DNA of 63,373 nt, the filler included, from Intoshia linei (Eukaryota; Animalia; Orthonectida): the NCBI GenBank assembly GCA_001642005.1. It is 7 parts of 7 records of this genome, joined end to end, with 100 filler letters (N's around TTAATTAATTAA, not from the genome) between each part and the next. Parts side by side here need not be neighbours in the genome. Positions count along the whole stretch, not along the records: positions 48,644 to 54,353 come from LWCA01001737.1; positions 54,454 to 58,622 come from LWCA01001984.1; positions 58,723 to 61,615 come from LWCA01002228.1; positions 61,716 to 63,373 come from LWCA01002536.1; 3 more parts are not named here. One strand, given 5' to 3'. Under the pieces are notes generated by a model. The model was given only the letters and a program-made list of their open reading frames with translations, did no database searches and was not told the origin of the DNA. The position numbers were made by a program, and so were the translations under genes. This document shows positions 50,843 to 63,373 of the stretch, piece by piece; the stretch's first letter is position 1; each line of letters opens with the position of its first letter.

Positions 50843-51167
50843 GACATAATCATCCATTTTACTAATTTATCGTATTATTTATTTTTTCATCAATTTTAAA
50901 AGATTTTAAAGATAATTTTGGTGTCACATTTGGTAGGGTTTTTAAGAAAAGTATTTTCAAGCAAATTTTAAAGATTTTGAAGATTCCTTAAATTATTAAA
51001 AATATTCCCTTAAAAACACTACAAAATTTTAGTTTAAATATTTACATAAAAAATATATTTCTTTAAAAACCCCACCAAAATTATCGTTAAAATCTTTTAA
51101 ATTTGGTGGAAAAATTTTAGTCAACAAATCAATAATATGAATAATTTGCAAAATCGATGATTATGTC
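50843..51167. mobile_element. Foldback-type MITE with long imperfect inverted repeats
   Basis: GACATAATCATC / GATGATTATGTC termini and inner arms TTTAAAAGATTTTAA.GATAATTTTGGTG / CACCAAAATTATCGTTAAAATCTTTTAAA. Confidence 0.7.
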
Positions 51168-51727
51168 TAACAATACGTAAAAATATCGTATAAATAATTA
51201 GAACAATATCGTTCTAACAATACATCGCTCAAATGAATGTCGCCCAACTGAATGTTCTCATCAATTCTATTTGTAAAAAAATATGAAGTTAAATCTCATA
51301 AAATTCCCCATCCCTGTTTTCTGTCCGATTTGAGGTGCGTTATACCGTCGTTATATTGTACTAAAATTTAATTTATTTAGATATACGTATATTGTTACTT
51401 TTAATATAAAATGTTAAAATTTTAACAAATATATCATAAATTAGGTATTTACAGGGTGTTCCAATTCAAACTTTACAATAGTGGAGAGTCGAACCTAACA
51501 AACCCGATGTCACCGAAAATGAAAAATGGGCCCAATGTTTTTATTTGCAAACGATGCGTAGTGCCATATATCCCTTAGACATTTATCAAAGTGTCTTTGA
51601 CAAAGACCCTTCACTTATTTTTTTAATTAATTTTAATATGTTATGTATTTGTGAACAATAATAAGAAAATAATGTGATACTCATCATTATATTAGTACAT
51701 ATATTGGTTATATCAAGGATCGGCAAC

Positions 51728-52758
51728 TAGTAATTGTGATTTCCCGGGAAATGTGAAAAGTCGAGAACTGGGTAGTAGAGAAATTTATTTTGTGTTGACG
51801 TACGTTGAACGGTCATAAGGGTTTCATTTAGTTTTAACAATCTTGATGATAGCGTTTCATTTCTTTCATATCGATCGAATTTATCATATAAATTGTGAGA
51901 ATTTAATAATATATTATTTGACTTCATAGTATCAGAAATAGATCTTTCCAATATTTCGAATATATCTATTTCTTTTACATCACATATCGCTTCATCTGAA
52001 TAAATGATATCTTCTTTAAATAATCGATCTATAAGGGATCTACAAAATATTAATGTTTCACTTTTTGTACAAATAGGGAAATTGCAGATCGTTTTCAGTC
52101 TAAAATGATTGCAATCATGTAGAAATGTAATAAGAATTAACAGTTCTTTGCTTCTCCTTTTCATTATTTTACTTTTTAACTTTAACTGTAATTTTATCGA
52201 ATAATCTCCATTAATTGTTTGTAATACATTTAATGATGGATTTTAATAAGTTGATGCGGCCTTACTCAATGCCTTATTTTTTTCGGTTGACATATTTGCA
52301 TCAGTTTTTATATTGTGATAATGTGAATGTCTACGAAGGCCTGAGGTCGAAGATCCACTGCAACATATCATTTTCTTGCAAACCTTACACTATACTTTAT
52401 CACTTTTACGTTTATAATTTAACCAAATGTTAGATATTTGTTTCATCTTTGTAAAATGTATTATCGTTTCTGTAATCTGTATTGTGTAATCTATAAAAAC
52501 GGCACACATTTATAATTACGTATTTAATAAGTACTACTTATGTATTGTATGAAATGCCTACCTATCAATAAAATTATTATACTTCAGACTGTTAATGTTT
52601 ATTTTTCAACATTGTCTGTGCCGTTTTTATCATAAATCATCGTTAAATATTATAATATAATCATATTTTCATAGTAATAACAAACATAAATCAAATACAG
52701 GTATGTATCAATTTTTTTTCGGAAAATCCCGGGGAATTTTGTCCCGGTACAATCACTA
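51728..52758 (-). mobile_element. Internally deleted hAT transposon
   Basis: Ends TAGTAATTGT / ACAATCACTA with CCCGG subterminal motifs; TSD TCGGCAAC/TCTGCAAC; ORF 51727-52164 ends in LMTVQRTSTQN (dimerisation-domain-like); related end at ~35880-35923. Confidence 0.75.
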
Positions 52759-55164
52759 TCTGCAACTAGTGGTCTACAGAATAATTTTGGTGACACTTTG
52801 AGTAAATATGTAAATTATTTATTTTTTAATTTTTCAAATTTTAAACACATTTCTACTATAATTGGCTCATTTTAATCATTTTAACTCTGATCCGTTTCGC
52901 TTTAGTTAAAATTGAAATGTATTATGTAAATTTTCAAAAACGGGGCCATACAATTTTTTTCGTATAAAAAAATGGCCCACGAGACGCAAAAGGTTGTGGA
53001 CTCTGGTTTATATCGTATTTACAGATATAGAATATATGTGAAAATCGCGTGTGAAATATTGTCAACAGTGTTGACTCAACACCCTGTTATATATTATATA
53101 ATTGTTATCTTATAGTTGGTAATAATACACATAAAATATATACAAATTTGGGGTGCACAACCTTTCTACCCATTCAGCCACAAAGCTACTTTACTCATTG
53201 ATACTACAATAGCACAAAATTTACTTTACCACTGAGAAAGTTTAAATCTATTTTGAGAAAGAAGCTAAAGTCAAAAATGTAACTTATTGATACACATATT
53301 GAATAAAATCGAATAGTCCTTGCATAAAATCTGATGTAAACTTTTCAATTTGAAGTAAAATTATATATACATTATGATTACATGGATTACTCTACGCGCG
53401 CAAATAAACGCTCTTAGGCTGCAGGTTTGCACCCTCCTCTAGACCAATGTTTCATAACGTGGGCCTGACTTATAGGGACTTATGAAACTTTAGATTCATT
53501 GAATGTTAATTGTGTACAATACTTGAAATGGCTTTACTGTTTTCTACTTCGTAGATACAGACCAGCTCTGCCGAGGGTCCCGTTTTTTTAATTGAATTTA
53601 AGTTTTTGAGGTTGTGGTTAATGATTTAATCTAATTAAAATGATGATGACTCATCATTTAAAAAATTATCCCAAATTTAAGTTTTATACAATGACAATAG
53701 TAATGATTTCAAAACACATTCCAGAATTTTTGTTCTTTAACATTGATTTTTTTATGTTAAATTAAAAATTTAAATTATGTTCTAAGATTGATTTTATTAT
53801 ATATTAAAAAATCTTGATATTCGATCATAAAGACTGATTAGTTAAACGGTAACAGACTCACATTAAATTTTATATAAGTAAAAAATTCTCACGTGGCATA
53901 CCTAATAATAAGAGAATCTTCAGGCTCAGTTATATCATTAATTGGATAAAATAAATAAATTTATTGTCATTAACTCGAATTTCGATAATAAAAGCTTTCG
54001 ATTTGTAATTTATTAAAAAATTATAGTTTTTAATTAAAAATATTCACTGAATTAATAATAATTTTTTTTAAAATGTTATGTATATGAGCTCCAAAAAAAA
54101 TCACTGTTAGATCATTTTCCGAAGTGGTATATACGATTTTTTAAGCGTGATATTGGGGCCTAGCATACACTGCGTTCCAAGTTATTATGCAAACATTAAA
54201 AACATTAATAATTAAAAAAGTAGTCACTTAATTCTTGTTTTCTTTTCTTTTTAATATTATTTTATTATTATGGCATGTGATTTTGAAAAAAATCAAAAAA
54301 ATCGATGCAAAAACAATTGAAAACCTCACGAAATCCATGGATAAACGACTTTTNNNNNNNNNNNNNNNNNNNNNNNNNNNNNNNNNNNNNNNNNNNNTTA
54401 ATTAATTAANNNNNNNNNNNNNNNNNNNNNNNNNNNNNNNNNNNNNNNNNNNNCTTGTTCGATGCTTTAATCGCGTTAATTTGCATGAATATTGTAATAT
54501 TCTGAAATTGTAATTCATTTTCATATTTAATAATTATCTAACAGTCTTCAAATTTAATTAATAACTTCGGATCATATTTACATTTTCTGAAATATAATAT
54601 AAATTAAACAAAAACACTTATTAATAAAATAATTAACGATTTTATAAGGTGCTCAAAACATATGGACGGGTCTGTATTTATATTAAAAATAAAACCAGTA
54701 ATATTAAAATATAAATTTTTTTAATCTCTATTATAATAATATAATGAACATATTCACTATTTTGTACTAATTATTTTCTCTAAAAATATTTTTATACTGT
54801 TAGGGGGGTCGACAATATACTTTTTTGGGAACTACTGCCCGATGTGACGTAAGTAATTTTTCTGATAATACAATATACATTGCAGTATATGTTGCATAGA
54901 ATGTGTACAACTATGAAATTTACACATTCCACGCGCAAGTCGTAGATTTTAAGATTTTTTTTGAACTAAATTTGAAGGGGAGTTTTTAGGAATTTTTTTT
55001 TGAACCAAACTTAAAGACAACCTTAAACTGTGAAGAAAAACTACATCGTATTCATTTGAATAAATTGAAGTGGGAATGATGTGATATCATAGATAAAGAT
55101 ATATACAAAGGTAATATTTATAAAATGTCATGTAATTTGTATTTTAGGCAATAATACTTATAAT

Positions 55165-55902
55165 CAGGGGTGGTACCAGCAATGCTGTATTTTACAATCA
55201 AAATCGTGTATTTTAGAATTTGATTTTGTTTTAAATTAAACAGATTTGATTGTATATCTATAGCAGTGGTTTTCAACCTTTTTGTGTTCGCGACCCCTTA
55301 TCAACATAAAAAATTTTCAAAAAATTAAAGCATATTCAGTTTTATTTATATTTGATACTGTGGTCACTGAGCACTGCTCAGTACAATCTATTATTATAAT
55401 AACTAAATTTAATTTCTTCATGTAAAATTTGAGGTTGCATTTTAGCCATATGTTAATTTTTAATTTATTTTTGTCTGCCAAAAAAAAAAACTTATGAAGT
55501 GATGAAAAATTTTGCAAAATAGAATTAATTTAATTAAAAATTACTTATACTAATGTTTGGAGGGTAAACCGAATGCGTATTATTCCTAGATTTTCATTTG
55601 ATTAACGACACATTATTTCTAACAAAAAGTTTAAGTACATATAATTAACATTTATTAATAAATATATAATTTTTTTATAAATCTTATCGCTTCTTGTATG
55701 GACAGTAAACGGTTAACAAGGTTTTAGTGATATTTTCATTTTACATATGCTAATATTCAATATAATATATGAAATCTNGATATTTTCATTTTACATATGC
55801 TAATATTCAATATAATATATGAAATCTTATGCTGGAAAAACAGCCTTGCTGTACCGGTACAGCAGCCACTATTGCTGTTACCAGCAATTCCACACAGCCC
55901 TG
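55165..55902. mobile_element. Non-autonomous hAT element with a nested Charlie-type end at 55264
   Basis: CAGGG...CCCTG termini, repeated TACCAGCAAT, perfect TSD CTTATAAT. Confidence 0.8.
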
Positions 55903-56025
55903 CTTATAATTTTATATTTAAATATGTAAAATAATAGTTTTTATTACATATACTAGACCGGAAATTCTTACATAAGATCGTTAAATTTTTAATTTGCAAA
56001 ATGGAAAAGATGAATCCCACTAGAC

Positions 56026-56520
56026 CAGGGTTTCTCAACCTTTTTTAAATTTAGCACACCGGTTAGCCAGATCAATTATTTCCAGCACCCCTGCAAAAAT
56101 AAAAAATATATTAAAATAAAATGATACCTTAAAATTCAACTTAAAAATCGTATTTTTTTGAGATTTAAAAAAATCACCCTATCGAACATATCAATAAATG
56201 AACATAGAAGCTGTATTTGATGAGATTTAAATTATATATGATGTCAATTAAACCAATATTTTTCTACAATATATAAAAGCAACAAAACTATATAATTAAA
56301 AAAATATTTTAATTTACATAATAAATTTGTGATGAATCATCACTGATGATATAATTAATGAGATTTTTGTTGTTGTTTATCGTAAACAAGTTTATCATAT
56401 CTGATTTTGTTTGAGATGAACAAACTCTCATATCGTGTTACAACTTATCTCTCAATCTATATCTACTTTTCGATTTTTGGACATATCGTGTTCTCATAAT
56501 GCAAAAATTCTCAATAAATG
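56026..56520 (-). mobile_element. Buster hAT remnant
   Basis: CAGGGTTTCTCAACC end; minus-strand SRYRLRDKL*HDMRVCSSQTK C-terminal motif. Confidence 0.7.
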
Positions 56521-57824
56521 TATTTTCATCATTTGGATATTTTTATAGTCGTTTTAAGAGACAATTACAATTATCAACTCAATTTTGTCGCACGTATTTA
56601 ATATATTACTTAGTTATATATGGATTTATTTAATATGTCACCAAATATACCTAAAAAATTAAAAATTTACGCAATTTAAAAGCATATGGAACTAAAATTG
56701 ATAATTTAAATTATTATCAATTATAATAATTATTAAAAAAATTAAAATTATTGTAATTGTGGCATAATAAATCTGTTTATCTCTGCCAATTTCCTTGGCA
56801 ATTCTGCCTAATTCCTAGTTCATGTATAATATAACATAAATAAATTTATGTTGAAAATCTAACTTAAAAATCCTACTATTCACTATTATCAATCCCTTAA
56901 TGGAGTGGTTCCCAAAGTATATTATTCCATCTTAATTTTTTTGTTGTTAACATTTGCGTAAAGAATTTTAAATACAATTGTTATCCCATTTTTTTAATTA
57001 GACAGAATGTGTGTATAATATTAAAAATAATGTAATACCAAATTAATTAAACCAAATCTGACCGTAGATTGCAAAGTAAATACAAAATAAAATAAATTTT
57101 CAGATTGTGTGATAATATTCAATTTAAATGAACACCAATTACACTGTAAATAAAATGTACAATGTACGTATTTTCTCTTAAATATTCTCAAATCTGAGCG
57201 ATATTTAAAATAAAATGGAAAATATTATTCAATTAACGGCAGGTACCTTTACACATTTGAAAAATATATTAATATATGCATAACATTCATATCATAATGT
57301 AGAACCCTGCAGGTTCCGACATTTCCAAACACTTACCGCCTGTACCATCATTTTTTTTCTTCGATATTATTCGTAAATAATGGGCAGTATCTTCTGTTAT
57401 TATCTTTCTATTAACCACTACATTAGGTTTTTCAGCAGTGTTAACCCGCTGAACCATAAAATATAAATATTATTGTCGGAACCATTCCTTATTATTGCAA
57501 TTTCAGGGTAATTGAAGCATTTTCTCTAATTTTAAATTTTATAATTTTTTCAATAGCTTTTTTCTCTATAAACATTCAGATTTTGCGGAAACCATTTACG
57601 AAACCAATGTACAGTAATGATGCACAATCGATACATAAAAAATAAAATTAAACTTCATTCATCAGACTAAATTAACTGACTACTCTGCACCAAATTACGT
57701 ACCCAATAAGTAAATTATACAATGAAAAATCAATCAGTGCACAATATCACAAAGTATCTTTTATCAAAGTTAACTGTTAAATTTTAATAGTATTATCATT
57801 TTACATTATTTTTATTGTTAAAAA

Positions 57825-57982
57825 ATGCAAACCTTTAATTACCGTAATTACCTATGAAATTGGAAAAATGAATATAAAATGTAATATAATATCGATACAT
57901 TAGCAAATTATAAACAATGCATTAAAAAAATTGTAAATATATTGAACGGAGGAAAAATTATTGCGATTCCAACTGATACTGT
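57825..57982 (+). CDS. YRDC: YrdC/Sua5 threonylcarbamoyl-AMP synthase, first exons only (57825-57843, 57904-57982)
   Basis: IVNILNGGKIIAIPTDTV matches the G.vva.PTDT.YG motif; ends at a GT donor; remainder not found in the window. Confidence 0.7.
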
Positions 57983-58255
57983 GTAATTAATTATTATTTT
58001 AAATATTAATATCAAAACGTGATCGCAAGATAAAATTGGTGCATGACGAGATTTTTAACTATAAATTAAAATTGTAAATTTTGTAGAAGTCATTTTAGTA
58101 CGTTTAAACATTTGGATTCACATTTTTTAGGGAACTATTCCAGTAAAATTTTTCGGCAAAATGAATTTGTAGTGCTAAGAAATTTTTTACATATTGTGTG
58201 CGCCGCAACATTAAAAAGTTTGAGAACCACAGTCTTAGTCTAAGATTTATAATTA

Positions 58256-58990
58256 TCCTTACTTATATAATATGTCATGCAATATTTGTTTGTGTGTGTA
58301 ACCGTTTATTTCAATAACTACCAGTCTTAGAATTTTATAAAGTCCACATTTTAATTACAGTTTTTTCCGGTGTTAGCAAAATTAATGTCAATCTTCCCAA
58401 CTTTGAAGTAAAAAAAAAACCAAAAAAAAAGTCCGATTGTTCTTTTTTTGAAAATCAATCGAGTTCGAGAATTTATTAAATATATCTTCATGGTCAAAAC
58501 CCCAAATTACACTTTTTTTTTAAATGAAAACAGCCCTAGAATTAAATAAAATTTACTGGTTGTACAGTAGTGTCCCAATTTAACATTTTTGTTTGAAATT
58601 CAAAAAGTATTTTTGACTGTATNNNNNNNNNNNNNNNNNNNNNNNNNNNNNNNNNNNNNNNNNNNNTTAATTAATTAANNNNNNNNNNNNNNNNNNNNNN
58701 NNNNNNNNNNNNNNNNNNNNNNTCTGTGTGTGTTATAGTTTATTTCAGTAACTACCAGTCTTAGAATTTTATAAAGTCAATATTTCTATTAAAGTTTTTT
58801 CCAGTGTTAGTAAGATATATTTCAACCTCCCAAACTCACATTTTACGGGTCAAAAAGTCTAATTTTCCTTTTTTTTTGAAAATCAAACGAGTTAGATAAT
58901 TTAAAAAAAATATATTTTCAGTGCCAAAACCACAAATTACCCCTTTTTTTAATGAAAACAGCTTTAGTATTTAAAAAAATTTAAAGTCTG
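58256..58990 (+). mobile_element. Two Helitron-family copies flanking a gap
   Basis: A|TCCTTACTTATATAATATG 5' end at 58256; both sides match 7480-7790. Confidence 0.75.
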
Positions 58991-59027
58991 GTTTAAATAA
59001 AATAATGTAATAATTTAGTCTAATTAG

Positions 59028-59610
59028 TTCAAGCAATAATACTTACGGCGGATTACGTGCAACGGATGTTGGTGATATACAATTTGAAAATGTTGCTGTG
59101 CCCATTGATCATGTTATTCCCGGTAAATATTTTAAATGACGAGTCAAGTCGACTAAAAGTAAATTAAAATTAAATTAAAATCATCGACTTGACTTTAAAT
59201 GCGACAGCAAATGATTTAATATGATTTTAAATAACTCGTATCGAATTTAATTTAGACGGTTTTAAAATTGCCATGCATGTATTAAATACGACAAGATTCA
59301 TTATGGCGTCTTATATTTTATACATCATGAAGTGTGTAATTGAAATTTTAATAAAAATTAATTTGAAATTAATTANGACGGTTTTAAAATTGCCATGCAT
59401 GTATTAAATACGACAAGATTCATTATGGCGTCTTATATTTCATCCATCATGAAGTGTGTAATTAAAATTTTGGTAAAAATTAATTTGAAATTAATTAATT
59501 TTACAATTTATTGTCAGATTTCACACAAAAGATCATGTAATGTACCCAATAATGATGAACATTTCAATCAACAAATATCAATGATTGCAGCACGACAATA
59601 TTGTTGTGAG
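59028..59610 (+). CDS. Acyl-CoA dehydrogenase (ACAD9/VLCAD-like), internal exons 59028-59122, 59256-59335 (duplicate 59378-59457), 59518-59610
   Basis: GLRATDVGDIQFENVAVPIDHVIP-DGFKIAMHVLNTTRFIMAS-...QQISMIAARQYCCE parallels GIR...V.FEN...P..N.LG..GDGFKVAMNILNSGRFSM...QEKFALMA...Y..E. Confidence 0.75.
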
Positions 59611-59723
59611 GTTATTATAAAAACTAAATCATTGTTATGAGTGTTTATTAGGGGTTTTCCAAAATAAAATAAATTGTAAAATAAGTCCATACGGAAAAAT
59701 TTGGGTAATTAATCTTTAATTAC

Positions 59724-59960
59724 ATTCATACAGGGTAGTTTTGACGGTGAAGATTTATACAGTTAATGAAGCACATTTTTTGAATGTATTTGACGATGAT
59801 ACAATTATGAATTTGGATAATGTACCAATTCATCACTTTGGAAATGTTTAGGCCCTGCTTGATAACATTCATTGTACAATATTTACCAATATATTCACCT
59901 CAATTAAACCTAATAAAAAATTTATTTGCTAAAATTAAACCTAAACTAATTAAAATAAAA
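59724..59960 (+). pseudogene. Tc1/IS630-like transposase fragment
   Basis: IMNLDNVPIHH and LPIYSPQLNLI motifs. Confidence 0.6.
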
Positions 59961-60548
59961 TCAAGAGCTATTAAAAAATAAAAAATTGAAGGAAAATATT
60001 TGTGCCGTTTCGGAAAATTTGGTTGATTTTTATTTTAGAGCGTACTATGAAGGAATGTGAAAATTAATTTAATTCACACCGTAAAAATCCTTATAGTATT
60101 TCCGCATTTTTTTGGAAATTTTTTAGGCGGCCGCTTCATAAATTTTTTTATAGCGTCATCTTTGAAAATCATTATACTATGAATCGAGATCATTGTCAAA
60201 TACACAGTGTGTATTGGAAAAGATGTCAAATCAGATAATCCAAATGGAATGTTTTTAGTTGAAGCAGCCATAGTTTTTTTAATTTTTGAAAAATTTGTTC
60301 GGTTTAAATTTAAATGACTCAGTTGTGCTAATATTATGCAAAGGATAATCTAGATTCTAGATTATCATCGTCAATTACAGAATAAACTTGTCGAGTTCTT
60401 TCTTCTTCATTATTTTGTAATAATCCTATCCTTAAAATTAATAAATTATTTTTTTTGTGTGGTTATGTATCCATGGTGCAATATTTATTTTTTAAATTAA
60501 TGTTCGAACAATAAAACTAGAATCTTAATTTGATATGACTTTCACGTA

Positions 60549-60737
60549 CAGTCGATTCTGTTCTATATGAACATGAAGGTACCAGGCTTTGATCATGTTC
60601 ATATTATACTGTAATATAAACATATAGGAATCGCGATAATAATATATTTAAAAGTTTCGAAATGTCCAATCAATGTTTGTTCAAACAAAATTGACGTGTT
60701 CATATGCTAGGATGTTCATATAGAACAGAATCGATTG
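60549..60737. mobile_element. pogo/Tigger-like Tc1-mariner MITE
   Basis: TA|CAGTCGATTCTGTTCTATATGAACAT ... ATGTTCATATAGAACAGAATCGATTG|TA (25/26 TIR match). Confidence 0.9.
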
Positions 60738-61176
60738 TATATTTAAAAATTTAGAATTAATTGTTAATTATTATTAATTAATAAGTCATGTTAATCGTAT
60801 CATTGAAATTATTAAATATGATCTTCTCGCAGTTTAGATGTGCAAATGATGATAAACCATTCATTTTGGAATATTTAATAATACCTATAATATATCATGT
60901 ATATTATTAATATTAATAATATAGTATATATACTTATACCAAGTTGCGGCGGGCCGCAAGTTCGACATGACTGGATTATATGATATACATATTATGTTAT
61001 ATTTATATTATAACATAATATATAAACAATGTTTATTAAACATGTATATTCGAACACCGTTTAATACAATGTGTTTCCGTTTATTAAAATTTAATTACAT
61101 TATACCATATAGATAACAGCATATATCTATATTTTCTCAAAGATTATTTTTATTATCTGAATAATATACATATAAT

Positions 61177-61378
61177 TAGGGCAAGTATAAGTCCAAAAAG
61201 TCAAATTGCACTGATGAATTAAAAATTCTTACGAGTATCATAATATTAATATTATGCCAATTAAAAATATAATTAATATTTTATAATGTCATAAAAGTCC
61301 TAAAGGTTCAAAAAGTTAAAATATTTTTCAATTAGGTACAAAAAGTCAGATTTATAGGTCGAAAAAAAACTTGCCCTA
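61177..61378. mobile_element. hATm-type MITE
   Basis: TIR TAGGGCAAGT / ACTTGCCCTA; flanks CATATAAT/CATATTAG. Confidence 0.7.
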
Positions 61379-63373
61379 CATATTAGGTCGTTTCATAAGT
61401 AATGTCGTTTTTATTGTAACTTTATTATAAATCATTATATCTTTACGAATATTTACTGTAAGTACGTTATTTTTTTATTTTTACAAAATATGGACAAATG
61501 TGTATTCGATGAAAAAGTAATTTCCGATGACAAACATATTTTTAATAGTATTTAGAGAAACATGTTGGATGATTATGATGGTCATATCAGACATATTTTA
61601 CTTGATGAGTTTCATNNNNNNNNNNNNNNNNNNNNNNNNNNNNNNNNNNNNNNNNNNNNTTAATTAATTAANNNNNNNNNNNNNNNNNNNNNNNNNNNNN
61701 NNNNNNNNNNNNNNNAGTGCTAGAAATTTTTTAGTGCCATAAAAAATTGCATTTGTCGACTCTAATTATCACAAATAAAAAAGATTCACTATAGTATATT
61801 TCAAAACTATGGTGAATCACTATTAGTGATTTACAATTTTTCTTTATTTATTAACATATCTACATGTAAATAAATGTTAATTTTAAAATAAAATTTATTT
61901 TTGTTAATTTAGAATCTTAATTATATGTATCATTAGAACTTTAATTTAATTCTGAGAGAATTAGAAAATTGTAATTAACCCGCGAATCAAAAAGTTTGGT
62001 AATCACTACATTATAGAGACAGTTAAATTTTACAATTTTTTATCAAATGTCCATTCCACTATGCTATTATTAGAACATTTATAAACTCCGCATATCGATG
62101 TACTTGAAATTACTATATTACACTTTGTAGTTTTCCTGTTGCTTAGTAATGAAGTATGATTAGATGTTATCTAAAATACAATATTATGGTAGAATTAAAA
62201 TTTGAAATCGTTTTGTGTGAATAGAAATCGTGGGGTTGTGAGCAGAAATATATAATCCTTAAACTTAACGGAATACTAAAATATTGGTATTCATTTACTT
62301 GGAATCAAGAAATATGTGGAATTTTTCATCATTTGAATTATGAAGCGATAATCAGAATCCTTTACAAAGATTCCAGTCAATTTGTAATGTAGGTTATACA
62401 TATCAGATGTTTAAGTTTTAACTACATCTCCGTTAGACACTCCTGTCAATATTTTCCATAAAGCTTTGTAAAGGTAAATTTTTATGAAGCAATGAGTATA
62501 AAATAGTATTGTCTTGTTGAAATAAAAATAATCACCGTAATTTTATTAAAATAGATAGGATGAGTCGCTACTAAACGACCATGTGTATCAATGATTGTGC
62601 TTTGCCCAGAACTTTGTGTTATAATTCTTGTTGTGGGTGGATTCACGAGCCTATTAATATTTCCAACAACAGTATTTGTGATTGAGCATATGGTACAAAA
62701 TGGAGAATAGCAATGCTATATTTTATGAATATTAGTTTTTTGATAATAAAAAGAGAAAAATCTTACACAAATATTAGTATTCATTTTGTAGTATATCTAT
62801 TGTAATAGTTTATTAAATGTGGTTTATTTAAAGTTTCTTTTATTTTTAAAATTTGACTACATGTTTACTGTGTAAATATTTACAGCTTCAAATTCTAAAA
62901 TTATATATTCCTCTATATTATAGAATCTATAATGTTTAAAATGAGTAGTAAAATCAATACAGTGGAATCTTGATAATACATACAGCTAAATTTCACAATT
63001 ATTTATGCAATATTTTTTATTACTAAGGCAATTTAAAAATGAAAAAGTAATAAAGTAAATATAGCGCATTTTTTAAATTCTTTAAACATGAGAACGATAC
63101 TTTTTAAAATTTAAAAAAACGAAATTAATTATACGATGAAATGAAAATCAATCAGTATGTTTAAAAAAATTGATATCAAGAGGTTAGAAGGGAAATAATA
63201 CACAGTGGTAATAAATATAAATAAATAAATGATATAACTAATGCGGTTGCAGCTGAACTTGATATGCCCAGACAGACAAATGTCACAATATCTCGAGAAA
63301 AAGAACAAATTCTGCAACAAAGTGACGATAGTAAAAAATCTTTGAAAATCAGAAAAACCTTAAAGAAAGGGAC

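Noticed and set aside
55729-55828. Exact ~50-bp tandem duplication
   Set aside because: Copies are separated by a single N; typical contig-overlap artefact
57235-57610. GC-richer segment as an exon or ncRNA
   Set aside because: Repeated GGAACC/GGTACC-type motifs fit hAT subterminal repeats better
62100-63373. Minus-strand gene at the window end
   Set aside because: Some open stretches with splice-like borders, but no identifiable product or consistent model

Overview
Very AT-rich eukaryotic (animal) genomic scaffold; no prokaryotic features or CRISPR. Genes have many tiny GT-AG introns (34-46 nt) plus larger introns swollen by transposon debris. This style resembles the orthonectid Intoshia linei, but the species is only an inference. 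Genes reconstructed by hand: GTF2H4/TFB2 (13 exons, complete), OFCC1/ojoplano homolog, a 4x C2H2 zinc-finger gene, the C-terminal half of a RAD54L2/ARIP4 SNF2 helicase, a Cys-rich ~10-TM membrane protein, a divergent POLR3C, an intronless TBC1D23, the 5' exons of YRDC and middle exons of an ACAD9/VLCAD-like gene. The rest is a dense mobilome: Buster/SPIN/hATm hAT remnants and MITEs with 8-bp TSDs, piggyBac and pogo MITEs, Tc1 remnants, Gypsy RT and integrase with very short LTRs, and a non-autonomous Helitron family. Six 100-bp gaps carry an artificial TTAATTAATTAA spacer and several genes are cut at them. I found no clearly new biological system. The best leads are the uncharacterised Cys-rich multi-TM protein, the possibly non-catalytic ACAD9-like gene, the intronless TBC1D23 and the miniaturised or nested mobile elements. 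All homology calls come from remembered motifs, not database searches.
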